Shown here piece by piece: positions 50,997 through 61,423 of a stretch of 64,000 nucleotides of DNA (within the stretch, counting starts at the first letter, position 1; each line of letters opens with the position of its first letter). The DNA comes from an uncultured cyanobacterium (GTDB lineage Bacteria > Cyanobacteriota > Cyanobacteriia > Pseudanabaenales > Pseudanabaenaceae), in the NCBI GenBank assembly GCA_963703315.1, contig OY969811.1, forward strand, positions 1,120,001 to 1,184,000, given 5' to 3'. The notes under the pieces are model-generated. The model had not been told where the DNA came from, searched no databases, and saw only the letters and a list, made by a program, of their open reading frames with translations. A program made the position numbers and the translations under genes.

Positions 50997-51446
50997 ATGA
51001 GTGCCAGTTTATATGAGACGGATTTTTATCGGTGGACGATTGAGCAGTCGCAACTTTTAGCGATCGGTAAGTTAGATGGTTTGGACTTGGTGAATTTAGT
51101 TGAAGAGATTGAATCTTTGGGTAAGCAGAAGCAGCAGGAGTTATCAAATCGCTTGGGTGTGTTGATTGGACATTTGTTGAAGTGGCAATATCAGCCAGAA
51201 AAGCGATCGCGTAGTTGGCAGGTGACGATTCAATTACAACGGGAAGAAATTCGGGATTTGTTATTCGATAATCCTAGTTTGAAATCTTATTTGGATAAGG
51301 CTTTGCCCAAAGGTTTTCGGTTAGGCTTAGCATTGGTTTTGGGTGAGACTGCGATTAGTAAAAAGTTATTACCTAGTGAATGTCCTTATAGTTTTGAGCA
51401 GTTGCTAGATTTGAGTTTTCCTGATGATATTGATGTGGAGTTTTAA
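50997..51446 (+). CDS. DUF29 family protein
   Basis: 'LYETDFYRW...EEIESLG...HLLKWQYQP...NPSLK...CPY'. Confidence 0.92.
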   Translation: MSASLYETDFYRWTIEQSQLLAIGKLDGLDLVNLVEEIESLGKQKQQELSNRLGVLIGHLLKWQYQPEKRSRSWQVTIQLQREEIRDLLFDNPSLKSYLDKALPKGFRLGLALVLGETAISKKLLPSECPYSFEQLLDLSFPDDIDVEF

Positions 51447-51481
51447 CGCAAGTAAAAAGTAGAAAGGAAAAAGGAAAAAAT

Positions 51482-52489
51482 ATGAGTAATGGGTTGTATG
51501 AGACGGATTTTTATCGGTGGTCGATTGAACAGGCTCAGCTTTTGGAGTTGGGACGGTTTGACGATTTAGATTTGGTGAATTTGGCAGATGAGATTGGTTC
51601 TTTGGGTAGAGAAGAGGCGCGATCATTGGAGCGTCATTTTGCAGAGTTGATTGGGAATCTATTAAAGTGGGAATATGCTTCTCAATGGCGTAATAAAATT
51701 TGGCAGTTCAATATTACGAGTAAACGGCGTGAGATTAAACGCTTGTTACAGGATAGTCCTAGCCTGAACGAGCAGGTTGATGAGTTGTTTCAGGAGAGTT
51801 ATGAGTCTGCTTTGAATGTGGCGATGATGGACAATATGTTTGAGTCGGTTGATTTACCAAAAGATTGCCCTTATTCCGTTACACAGGTTCTTGATGAAGA
51901 TTTCCCTTTGGGGATGCTCGATTTCCCATTGCCTTACGATCGCCATGTGTTGACGTTTGATGAGTTTCTGGCTTTACCAGAGACAAAACCTGCGAGTGAG
52001 TATTTCAATGGCAGAATTTCTCAGAAACCAATGCCCAATATGCATCACAGTGTTTTGCAAGGAGGGTTAACGAGTTTAATCAATCAAAAAGGAAAGGGCG
52101 ATCGCTTGGCTAGTGCTTTTCTAGAATTAGATTTTGTGATGAGTGATGGGATGATCGTTCCTGATATTTCGGTTTTTGCAAGCGATCGCATTTTGGTTGA
52201 TGAGAATGACGAAATTTCTAATGATCTGATTAAGGTTGCGCCTGATTGGTTGATAGAGGTTCTTTCGCCTGAACAGTCGGTGACTTTGTTGATTGATAAA
52301 ATCAAGTTAGCAATTTTGCATGGGACTAAGTTGGCTTGGCTGGTGGATTCTATGGAAGATGTAATTCTAACTTTTACAGCGAATGGGTTTAATAGCCATC
52401 ATGGTATGGACATTTTGCCAATGTTAGAAATTTTTGAGGATTGGCGGCTATCGGTGCAGGATGTATTTAACTTGCTAAAATTAAAATAA
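51482..52489 (+). CDS. DUF29-Uma2 endonuclease fusion
   Basis: N-terminal DUF29; C-terminal 'TFDEFLALPETKPASEY...KPMP...VPDI...APDWLIEVLSP'. Confidence 0.85.
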   Translation: MSNGLYETDFYRWSIEQAQLLELGRFDDLDLVNLADEIGSLGREEARSLERHFAELIGNLLKWEYASQWRNKIWQFNITSKRREIKRLLQDSPSLNEQVDELFQESYESALNVAMMDNMFESVDLPKDCPYSVTQVLDEDFPLGMLDFPLPYDRHVLTFDEFLALPETKPASEYFNGRISQKPMPNMHHSVLQGGLTSLINQKGKGDRLASAFLELDFVMSDGMIVPDISVFASDRILVDENDEISNDLIKVAPDWLIEVLSPEQSVTLLIDKIKLAILHGTKLAWLVDSMEDVILTFTANGFNSHHGMDILPMLEIFEDWRLSVQDVFNLLKLK

Positions 52490-55400
52490 AAACTGGGGTA
52501 ATCATGGCTATTAATCTCAAAAAGTCGCGTCAATATTTACAGGATTTTGATTTTTTGAGTTTGTTTATTGAGGAGTTGGGCTGGTCGAATCCGCCTAGTG
52601 GTGGGGCGATCGCATTTAAGTGTGATGGCAAGACTTTTTATCGTCAGGGTGTGGCGGAGTTGGCGGGGGTATTGGTTTTAGAGGTTACATCTGAGGATGG
52701 CGAGATTCCTGATGGGAAGGTGAGAGCGAATATCTATAAGGAGATTTGCAAGGTGGCGCTAGAGAATTTGGTGATTTTTTTAGATCGGGGGCGCAATCAG
52801 AGTCTTTGGTATTGGGTGAAGCGGGAGGGGACTAAGCAATATCGTCGCGATCATTTATATGTGCGGGGACAGTCTGGCGATTTGTTTTTGAGTAAGTTGG
52901 GGGCGTTGGTTGTTGATCTCAAGGATTGGGAAACGGGTAACGTGTCAGTTGTGAGTGCGGCGCGGCGACTCAAGGATAGCTTTGATATCGATCGCGTCAC
53001 CAAGAAATTTTTTAATGAGTTTCAAACTTTACATGGGGATTTCTTGGAGTTAATTAAGGGGATTGAGTTTGAGGGCGATCGCCGTTGGTATGCGTCTATT
53101 TTGTTGAATCGTTTGATGTTTGTGTACTTTTTGCAGCGCAAATATTTTCTAGATAATGGCGATGAGTTGTATTTACAAAATAAGCTGAAAGCTAGTAAAC
53201 AAGAGGGGACAGACTGTTTTTATCGTGAGTTTTTACAGCCGTTGTTTTTTGAAGGTTTTGGTAAGCCAGAGGGCGATCGCGATGGTGCTATTAAAAAGAA
53301 GATTGGCAAGATTCGCTATTTGAATGGTGGTTTATTTTTACCGCATGGGTTAGAGAAGCAATATCCTGATATTCAAATTGGCGATCGCGCTTTTGAGCAG
53401 GTTTTAGGTTTGTTTTCGCGCTACTCGTGGAATCTCGATGATACGCCTGAAGGGAAGGATGATGAGATTAATCCTGATGTGTTGGGTTACATTTTTGAGA
53501 AGTATATTAACCAAAAGGAGTTTGGGGCTTACTATACTCGTCCTGAAATTACGGAATATCTCTGCGATCGCACGATTAATAAGTTGATTTTGGATAAGGT
53601 TGCGGGTGAGTGTGACAGTAATCTTAATGAATTATTGCTGAGATTAGATGCTGATCTATGCGATCGCCTACTCAACCAAATCCTCCCAAATTTAACTTTG
53701 CTCGATCCTGCTTGTGGGTCAGGGGCGTTTCTAGTGGCGGCGATGAAGACTTTGATCGGGGTTTATGCAACGGTGGTTAGTCAGTCACGGCGGTTTGAGG
53801 ATCATCCAAATATCCAAAAGTGGCTCGATGAGGCGAATTCTCATCCTTCGCTCGATTACTACATCAAGAAGCGGATTATTACGGATAATCTCTATGGTGT
53901 GGATATCATGCAAGAGGCGACAGAAATCGCGAAGTTGCGGTTATTTCTGGCTCTAGTGGCTTCTGCTAAAAAGGTTGATGAGTTGGAGCCTTTGCCGAAT
54001 ATTGATTTTAATATCATGGCTGGAAATTCATTAATTGGATTGATCAGGGTTGATACAGATGCGTTCGCACAAGGGAGTCAGGGGACTTTAGAAAATCAGT
54101 GGACTAATGATCGATACAACCAGATTTTAGATGAGAAAAATCGTGATATTGCTTTGTATAAGAAGCACTCTTTTCAGTCAGATTCACAACGAAATCCTGA
54201 TCATAGGTCGCAGGAATCAAGCGTTGCAGAATTGCGAAATCAGATCGAAAAGTTAAATACTGAGTCGCAGGTTAAATTGAATGATTTATTGCTGAATGAG
54301 TTTAGTAGTAAGCTAAAAATCAAGTTTGAGGAGGCACAGTTAACGGGTAAGCCGAAAAAGCGGGTTCTGAATATTGATGATATTAATGTTTTGGAGCCAT
54401 TTCATTGGGGTTATCATTTCGATAAGGTGTTTGAACGCGGCGGGTTTGATGCGATTATTGCTAATCCGCCTTGGGAGATTTTTAAGCCACAGGCTAAGGA
54501 GTTTTTTGCTCACCATAGCGAGTTGGTGACTAAGAATAAAATGGATATTAAAACCTTTGAGAAGGAACAAAAGAAGCTCTTAGAATCTGCTGATGTGGCG
54601 GCGGCTTGGAATAAATATCAAAATCAATTTCCGCATATAAATTTGTATTTTCGGACTAGCGAGAATTACAAAAATCAAGTTTCCATCATTGACGGAAAAA
54701 AAGCTAAATCGACAGACATTAATCTCTATAAGCTATTTCTAGAGCGTTGTTATCATTTGCTGCGAAAGGGTGGTGAATGTGGGATCGTGATTCCTAGTGG
54801 TATTTATACCGATTTGGGGACGAAGCAGTTACGCGAGATGTTGTTTAGTGAAACCGAAATTACAGGTTTATTTTGTTTTGAGAATCGCAAGGCAATTTTT
54901 GAAGGTGTGGATAGTCGGTTTAAATTTATCATTCTCACTTTCGAGAAAGGCAGTAAAACCGAGTCTTTCCCTACGCGCTTTATGCGCCATGATGTCGCTG
55001 AGTTAACCAATTTCCCTACGCCTGACGATATTCGCTTAAATGTTCCTCTTATTCGTAAGCTTTCACCAGATTCTCTTTCAATTACTGAGTTCAAAAATTC
55101 AATTGAAATTGAGATCGCTGCAAAAATGGCTAAATTTCCACTACTAGGGAAATCAATAGAAGACTCTTGGAATTTGACATTGGGGCGCGAATTTCACATG
55201 ACTGATGACAGTTATTTGTTTAAGCCCGAAAAAATTACTGGGCGATTACCTCTTTATGAAGGGAAGATGATTCATCATTTTACTCATCAATTTGCAGAAC
55301 CCCGTTATTGGGTTGATGAGAAAGAAGCAAGAAAATCTTTATTAGGTAAAAATGAAACTGAAAAAGGACAAAAGTTGAATTATCAAGGTTATCGATTAGC

Positions 55401-55892
55401 TTATAGAGCGATCGCTAGTAGTACGAATGAACGAACATTAATTACATCAACAATTCCACCTAACTCATTTGCTGGCAACTCACTCAATCTTTCTTCATCC
55501 CCTAAAGATAATAACCAGTTGTTAGTTATAAGTGCTTTGCTTAATAGCTTTTGTGTAGACTACTCACTATGGCAACAAGTATCAGCTAATATCAATATTT
55601 TCTACATCTATCAACTCCCAGTCCCACGCCTCCAAAAAGGCGACAAATGGTTTGATGCGATAGTTACCCGCGCCGCCAAACTCATCTGCACCACACCCGA
55701 ATTTGACCAACTGCTAGAAGAAGTAAAAAAGGAAAAGGGAAAAGGAAAAAGTGGAGAGATTTTTGGCGTGACTGATGAAATAGAACGCGGTAAACTCAGA
55801 GCCGAACTTGATGGCATCATCGCCCACATTTACGGACTCACCGAAGAAGAATTTCAACCCACATTCCGCTCGTAATGGAAGAAAAAAAACAA

Positions 55893-57708
55893 TTACGAAA
55901 CAGGAGCAGGGAGCAAATAGTAGCGTTGGCAGGAGGGAGAAAAGAAATTCAAAATGTGAATCCGAAGAGGAGACAAATTAACAACTTGAGTGAGTCCCTG
56001 AAAAGAAACTAAATGAACCGCCATAAAACATTGAAAAATCCAACGCAAAGTTGGCGAATTAGTGGGTTTACCCAATTGATTAGGAATAGTATCTTGAGCG
56101 ATGGCTAAGGCAAGTCTGAGTTGACGTTGGGCTAAATTATAAACGAGCAAGCACAGTGCCATAATCATGCCCAAAGCCTCAATGCGTTTAGCAGACTTGA
56201 GAAAAACACTCGAAGTAAAAAACAAAGGATCTTTGAGGAAACGAAAACCACGCTCAGTGCTCTGCTGAGCCTTGTATTCCCGTAAAGCATCATCAGCCGT
56301 GAATTGTAAGGAATCAAGAACCCACATTCCGCTCGTAATGGAAGCCTAAAAATATTTACAACGAGACAATGAGGGTTTCAGCGATTTTCTGAAAAATTAA
56401 TGATAATAACTCCTATTAGTACGTCATTATTGACAATATTAAGATAGTGGTATTTTTCTGACGAAAGCCCAAAATACTTACTGTATAAGGATTTGTTTTC
56501 TAAATATTTTTTTCAGTAAAATAAGAGCGGAATGTGGGAAGAATATTCGTGGCTAAAATAAACCTGCCACAACGCTGTTGCTGAGCCAAGATTTCTGAGT
56601 CTATAGGAATCACCGTTGCAGTAATCCGATAACTAATGCTGGTGGGTATAGCATCAGGTTGTGGCTTACCCCGTTTCGCATAATGTGGTTTTTCTACTGC
56701 CTGAATATGGTCGAGTTGATGCCATTTCATCTTGGTTGATAATTTTTCAGCAGCAGCGATCGCGTCAGCAGCACAGGCAAAATCTTGTCCCGCCAAAGTG
56801 TGTAAATCTTGATGACATTTTTGCTGGACTTGCTCAAGCTTTTTGTCTAACTTTTTGATGTCTGATTTACGTCTTGCTTGGCTATCAACTAAAATCCATC
56901 TCTGTCTTACACCACCATACTCACTCACAGTTTCGGCTGTCCTGTATCCCTTAAATTTACTTTCTTGTAGGTCAGTTGTGCTTGACACTAAGTCACTTGC
57001 AGTTTTGATGCTTAATGGCACTCGGGTTAGCCATTTTAGTCCTGTCATTGCTACCAGATTTTCTTCACTGTATAGCGCTGCATCGCCTACGCATATTCCC
57101 TCAAATGTCCACTGGGTTTTGAATTCTTGTAATAGTCCTGCAAATCTTGCTTTGTCGGCTTGATTTCCACTTACCACTTCCATCATTACGGGAATGTCTC
57201 CATCTCCTACACAGATCAGGTTCATCATAAATTGCTTCAGGTCGGGGCGATGGTCGCGTGAATATCCGTGTGTGATTTCGATACTCCCTTCTTCCTCTCT
57301 GCCATATTCCCCATCTACGTGAAATGAGGTTGAGTCTATATGTCCTGTTTCTACCTTGACATCGTATTTCGCTACTGCTTTCAGGCTGATTCCTAAAAAT
57401 GTCTCACTCAGTCCTGCTTCATGTAAGTCATCCAGTACTTTACCGATGCGGTCATCATTGATTTGTTCGGCTGTTATCCCTTCCCCCAATAAGTGCTCGG
57501 TTGGTTTTCCTTCAAAGAATTTACCAAACATATACAGGGGTGCTGATACAAATCCTAATCCATTCAGGAGCATGGCTTTGACAATTACTCCTGCGCTTAC
57601 TTTTTCCCTTGAGCTTCTCCCGATTATCGTGTTGATTTCTTCTACGATTCCCATCTCATCTATGATTCCTGCCACGATTCCTAGATGGTCTAGGTTCGTT
57701 ACTTTCAT
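55893..57708 (-). pseudogene. IS1634 transposase split by a MITE
   Basis: 'LDHLGIVAG', 'HIDSTS', 'GYSRDHRPDLKQ', 'ERGFRFLKDP'. Removing 56316-56538 joins ATNIL-DSLQF in frame (530 aa). Confidence 0.9.
56321..56538. mobile_element. 218-bp MITE with IS1634-type termini
   Basis: CCCACATTCCGCTC...GAGCGGAATGTGGG; 5-bp TSD AAGAA at 56316-56320 and 56539-56543; AT-rich non-coding interior. Confidence 0.9.
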
Positions 57709-57917
57709 CTCTGTATTAATACCTGCCTCCTCTTTTTGCTCTTGTGCCTTACCTTTAGTTAATTATTTTACCCTTCCATTACGAGCGGAATGTGGGTTTC
57801 AATATATACTCACCACATTCCCCATAGTTGCTGATCCCGTCAAACTCAACGCCCTCAATGCCTATCGCGACGTTCGCACAGGATTGATCAAGTAAAAAGG
57901 TAAAAAACAGAAGAAAA

Positions 57918-58178
57918 ATGAATTTTAGACTTTCAAATCATGCTTTAGAAGAGGTACAGAAACGTAAAATTCCTATTTCGTTTGTAGAGACTGTCCTAAA
58001 AAATCCACAACAAACAATCCAACAAGATGAAGAAATCACAATTTATCAATCTCAACTCGATTTTGGTACAGCTAAACTTTACTTACTACGAGTTTTTGTA
58101 AATATCACCGTTGATCCTGCCGTTGCCGTCACAGTTTATCGTACTAGCCAAATTCAAAGATATTGGAGTAGACCATGA
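57918..58178 (+). CDS. DUF4258-family putative toxin (RelE-like)
   Basis: 'LSNHALEEVQKRKI...VLKNP...LRVFV...VTVYRTS'; overlaps the next gene by 4 nt (ATGA). Confidence 0.8.
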   Translation: MNFRLSNHALEEVQKRKIPISFVETVLKNPQQTIQQDEEITIYQSQLDFGTAKLYLLRVFVNITVDPAVAVTVYRTSQIQRYWSRP

Positions 58179-58414
58179 AAATCAAATATGATCCTGAAGT
58201 AGATATTATTCGGATTACGCTCAAAGATGTAGATATTGAAGAAAGCGAAGAAGAAACCGCAGGTATTATCTTAGACCTTGACATAAATGGTCATGTCGTT
58301 GGCATCGAAATCTTGCAAGCATCCAAACGCATCGACAATCCCCAAGCGATCGAATACATGATTACCCAATCAGTAGTTCCCTCACTCAATCCTAAAGTTT
58401 TGGTAAAACAATAA
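58175..58414 (+). CDS. DUF2283-family putative antitoxin
   Basis: 'MKIKYDPEVD...GIILDLDINGHVVGIEILQAS'. Confidence 0.85.
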   Translation: MKIKYDPEVDIIRITLKDVDIEESEEETAGIILDLDINGHVVGIEILQASKRIDNPQAIEYMITQSVVPSLNPKVLVKQ

Positions 58415-58430
58415 TTAGGAGAATAATACT

Positions 58431-58706
58431 ATGCACATCCAACTTGATGATTACGAACAAGATATTTTAGAGTCCGTAGAACGCGGTGAATGGAAATCTG
58501 TAAAAAATCTACAGCAAGAGATCGATCAGTATCAACACCATGCGCGTAACTACATCGCATCAATCCAAAAAATCACAATTGAACTACCCAGTAGCGATAT
58601 CGCATCTTTAGAGCAATTAGCCAATACTTCAGGCGTATCGATGCCTTTGCTTCTCTCAAGCATCTTGCATCAATATCTGGGTTCCCAGCCCATTTATAAC
58701 CCCTAA
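58431..58706 (+). CDS. Putative RHH/CopG-type antitoxin, orphan
   Basis: 'LDDYEQDILESVERGEW' plus C-terminal 'KITIELP...LA...G...LLSSILHQY'. Confidence 0.65.
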   Translation: MHIQLDDYEQDILESVERGEWKSVKNLQQEIDQYQHHARNYIASIQKITIELPSSDIASLEQLANTSGVSMPLLLSSILHQYLGSQPIYNP

Positions 58707-58715
58707 TGTAGGAAT

Positions 58716-58958
58716 ATGAAAACTCAGACCAAACCTAAAACCCTAGAAGAATACCTCAACCTCAACTACCCCATCACCCTTTACCCTGAACCTGATGGCG
58801 GCTACACCGTGATGATTGTCGATTTAGTAGGATGTCTTTCTCAAGGTGACACCCTCGAAGAAGCAGTTGCCAATATTCAAGAAGCCAAACACGCTTGGCT
58901 AGAAACCGCTTGGGAATGCGGCGATGACATTCCTCTTCCAAATTTACAAAATAGTTGA
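58716..58958 (+). CDS. hicB: HicB-family antitoxin, orphan
   Basis: 'YPITLYPEPDGGY...GCLSQGDTLEEAVANIQEA...IPLP'. Confidence 0.85.
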   Translation: MKTQTKPKTLEEYLNLNYPITLYPEPDGGYTVMIVDLVGCLSQGDTLEEAVANIQEAKHAWLETAWECGDDIPLPNLQNS

Positions 58959-58996
58959 GCAAATTTACAATACTGATTTAGCGTTGGATAAACGAG

Positions 58997-59455
58997 GTGA
59001 TTTTGATGACATCAACACTACTATATGATTCAGATTTTTATCGTTGGACAGTTGAGCAGGTAGAGCGTTTACGCTTAGGCAAATTTAATGATTTAGATAT
59101 AGAAAATTTAGCGGAAGAAATTGAATCTTTGGGTAGCCAAAAAAGATCTGAGTTGGAAAATCGTTTAGCAATTTTGTTAGGACATTTGATTAAGTGGGAT
59201 TTGCAACCGAGATTGCGCGGTAAAAGTTGGCGACTGACAATCAAAGAGCAAAGAATCCAAATAAAAAAACTAATCCGCAAAAACCCTAGCCTAAAATCCT
59301 ATCTATCGGAAGCGATCGCCGATGGCTTCGAGTTAGCTTTAGTTTTGGCAGAAAAAGAAACCCGTCTTAAGCCCAAGGATTTACCGAAAGAATGTCCTTA
59401 CTCCATTGAACAAATTTTTGATGAGAACTTTCCCATTGGTATTGATAATGCTTAA
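58997..59455 (+). CDS. DUF29 family protein
   Basis: 'LYDSDFYRW...EEIESLG...HLIKW...NPSLK...CPY'. Confidence 0.92.
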   Translation: MILMTSTLLYDSDFYRWTVEQVERLRLGKFNDLDIENLAEEIESLGSQKRSELENRLAILLGHLIKWDLQPRLRGKSWRLTIKEQRIQIKKLIRKNPSLKSYLSEAIADGFELALVLAEKETRLKPKDLPKECPYSIEQIFDENFPIGIDNA

Positions 59456-59510
59456 ATGCCATAGCTGTACAGCACAGCCCATCAAAGCAGCAGCCCTGCA
59501 ATAAATTGCG

Positions 59511-59554
59511 GGCTGAAAGCTTAAACCCGTTGCAACGGGTTTAAGCTTTCAGCC
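59511..59554. repeat. Loopless perfect palindrome at the island's right edge
   Basis: ggctgaaagcttaaacccgttgcaacgggtttaagctttcagcc. Confidence 0.75.
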
Positions 59555-59693
59555 AAGAACTTGAGTTCTTGGTTATTTTGCTTAAGTCCTAAATATTTCA
59601 GGGTTTTGTTAAAAATTACTTTTTAAAGCGTCTCAAGAAATTGCTAGAGTGCAATGATAGACAAAGTTTGTTAATAAAGTTGATATATAAATT

Positions 59694-60212
59694 ATGGATA
59701 GTACATTAGCGATCGCATATCTTGGGGCATTAGTTGTCCTACTAGCTGGGGTTAGCTGGTTAGTTATCCGCCAGATTTTGAAAGCCCGTAGTTTAGAAAA
59801 TGTGATTTCGGAACTACAACCTAAGCTACAAAAAGAAAAAGGTACACCTGAAGACTATTACCAGCTTGGTAGTGTTTATTTACGCAAAAAACTCTACTCT
59901 CAGGCGATCACCCTATTTAATAAGGCATTGAAGGAAGGTGGCGACAATGTTCCCGAAGTTTATAATGCACTCGGATTTTCCTATTTCTCTCAAGATCAAT
60001 ACGATCTCGCCATCAAAAATTATAAAGAGGCGATCGCCTTACAAGAGGGCTATGTAACTGCGATCAATAATCTTGGTCATGCCTATGAGAAGAAAAAGCT
60101 ATTGCCTCAGGCGATCGAGATGTATGAGCAGGTGTTGATATTGGATGAAAAAAATGAGACTGCCAAGCGGCGCTTAACTTCTTTACGAAAGCAGGTTGTG
60201 CCAACTGCTTAA
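59694..60212 (+). CDS. ycf37: TPR protein, Ycf37-like PSI assembly factor
   Basis: N-terminal TM, then TPRs 'YYQLGSVYLRKKLY', 'YNALGFSYF', 'NNLGHAYEKK'. Confidence 0.8.
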   Translation: MDSTLAIAYLGALVVLLAGVSWLVIRQILKARSLENVISELQPKLQKEKGTPEDYYQLGSVYLRKKLYSQAITLFNKALKEGGDNVPEVYNALGFSYFSQDQYDLAIKNYKEAIALQEGYVTAINNLGHAYEKKKLLPQAIEMYEQVLILDEKNETAKRRLTSLRKQVVPTA

Positions 60213-60253
60213 AGATAAAAAAAGATAAAAAAAGGAGGCGAAGCCTCCTTTTT

Positions 60254-61342
60254 TTATGTCTTGGATTCAATTAATCCACCACCGAGTAATAAATCACCAC
60301 GATAAAATACGGCGGCTTGTCCGGGGGTAATACTAAATTGTGGTTCATCAAAGACAATTCTGGCGCGATCGCCTGTTAGAGGAATTACGGTTGCTAAGGC
60401 AGGAGCCGTCCGATAGCGCACTTGGACTTCAGCTTGAAAAGGGATATCAGTAGGAGCGATCGATACCCAATTTACTTGATTGATGTTGCATTCCTTGTCA
60501 TGGGCTTCTGAGCGATCGCCAACAATCACTTCATTTTTAATCGGATCGAGAGCAACCACATAGAGGGGATTTGCTGCCGCTACGCCCAAACCTTTGCGCT
60601 GACCGATGGTGTAGTGATATGTGCCATCATGCTCGCCCAAGACATTGCCATTAGTATCGACAATTTTGCCTTGAACAGGCGTGAGATATTTATCCAGAAA
60701 TGCCTTCATCGAGCCATTAGCTTCCACAAGGCACAAGTCCATGCTTTCGGGCTTTTCGGCAGTGGCTAAGCCAAATTCGGCGGCGATTTTACGAGTTTCA
60801 ACTTTGGTCGTATCGCCTAAGGGAAAAATGCAGCAGCTTAATTCCTCTTGTCCAACTTCGTACAGAAAATAGGACTGATCCTTGGTGTCATCAACGGCGC
60901 GGCGCAATTCATAGCGTCCCGATTCGGAATTAAAACTTAGCTTGGCATAGTGTCCCGTCGCAATTTTATTGATCCCCAACTTTTCGTGGGCATATTTCAT
61001 CATTGGCGTGAACTTCACGGCGTTGTTGCAACGAGAACAGGGTAAAGGTGTTGCTCCTGCGGCATAGCCAGTAACGAGATAGTTAATGATATTTTGCTCA
61101 AAAACATCGCGGCTATCGACTATTTCGTGATGGATGCCTAATTCTTCGCAGAGGCGTGCAGCATCAACCATTCCTTCAGAGCAGCATTGTCCTTTGCCGC
61201 GCATTAACCATAGTGTCAAGCCCGTGACATCATATCCTGCACGGTGCAATAGGGCGGCAGCAACGGAGCTATCTACTCCGCCTGATAAACCGACAACTAC
61301 TTTTTGTTTTACTTGCTCTAGGGTTGAGGTGATGTTTGACAT
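60254..61342 (-). CDS. mnmA: tRNA 2-thiouridylase MnmA
   Basis: [39 protein letters not shown]. Confidence 0.97.
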   Translation of the reverse strand: MSNITSTLEQVKQKVVVGLSGGVDSSVAAALLHRAGYDVTGLTLWLMRGKGQCCSEGMVDAARLCEELGIHHEIVDSRDVFEQNIINYLVTGYAAGATPLPCSRCNNAVKFTPMMKYAHEKLGINKIATGHYAKLSFNSESGRYELRRAVDDTKDQSYFLYEVGQEELSCCIFPLGDTTKVETRKIAAEFGLATAEKPESMDLCLVEANGSMKAFLDKYLTPVQGKIVDTNGNVLGEHDGTYHYTIGQRKGLGVAAANPLYVVALDPIKNEVIVGDRSEAHDKECNINQVNWVSIAPTDIPFQAEVQVRYRTAPALATVIPLTGDRARIVFDEPQFSITPGQAAVFYRGDLLLGGGLIESKT

Positions 61343-61423
61343 TTACTGCGATCGAACCATTCAGATTCAATTGTAACTGCTCGGCATTAAATTTTGGCGC
61401 GATCGCCTCCTAATCTCATCATC

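Larger units (their letters stand above)
55858..57796 (-). mobile_element. IS1634-family insertion sequence
   Basis: Terminal IR CCCACATTCCGCTCGTAATGGAAG / CTTCCATTACGAGCGGAATGTGGG; 6-bp TSD TTTCAA at 55852-55857 and 57797-57802. Confidence 0.93.
52504..57895 (+). pseudogene. Eco57I-like N6-adenine DNA methyltransferase with TRD, interrupted by IS1634 30 codons before its stop
   Basis: GAYYT, LDPACGSGAFL, YGVD, NPPW. Joining 52504-55857 to 57803-57895 restores a 1148-aa ORF ending EEFQ-YILTTFPIV...GLIK. Confidence 0.88.

Noticed and set aside
47582..57895. Complete DISARM, BREX or Type I RM system
   Set aside because: No DrmA/DrmB (DUF1998), PglZ/BrxC or HsdS-like genes in the island.
57356..57895. 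179-aa ORF as an independent gene
   Set aside because: Mostly antisense to the transposase; only its last 30 codons are real, being the displaced MTase tail.
47495..59690. Integrative element or prophage at tRNA-Val
   Set aside because: No integrase or phage genes, and no duplicated tRNA 3' end found by eye.
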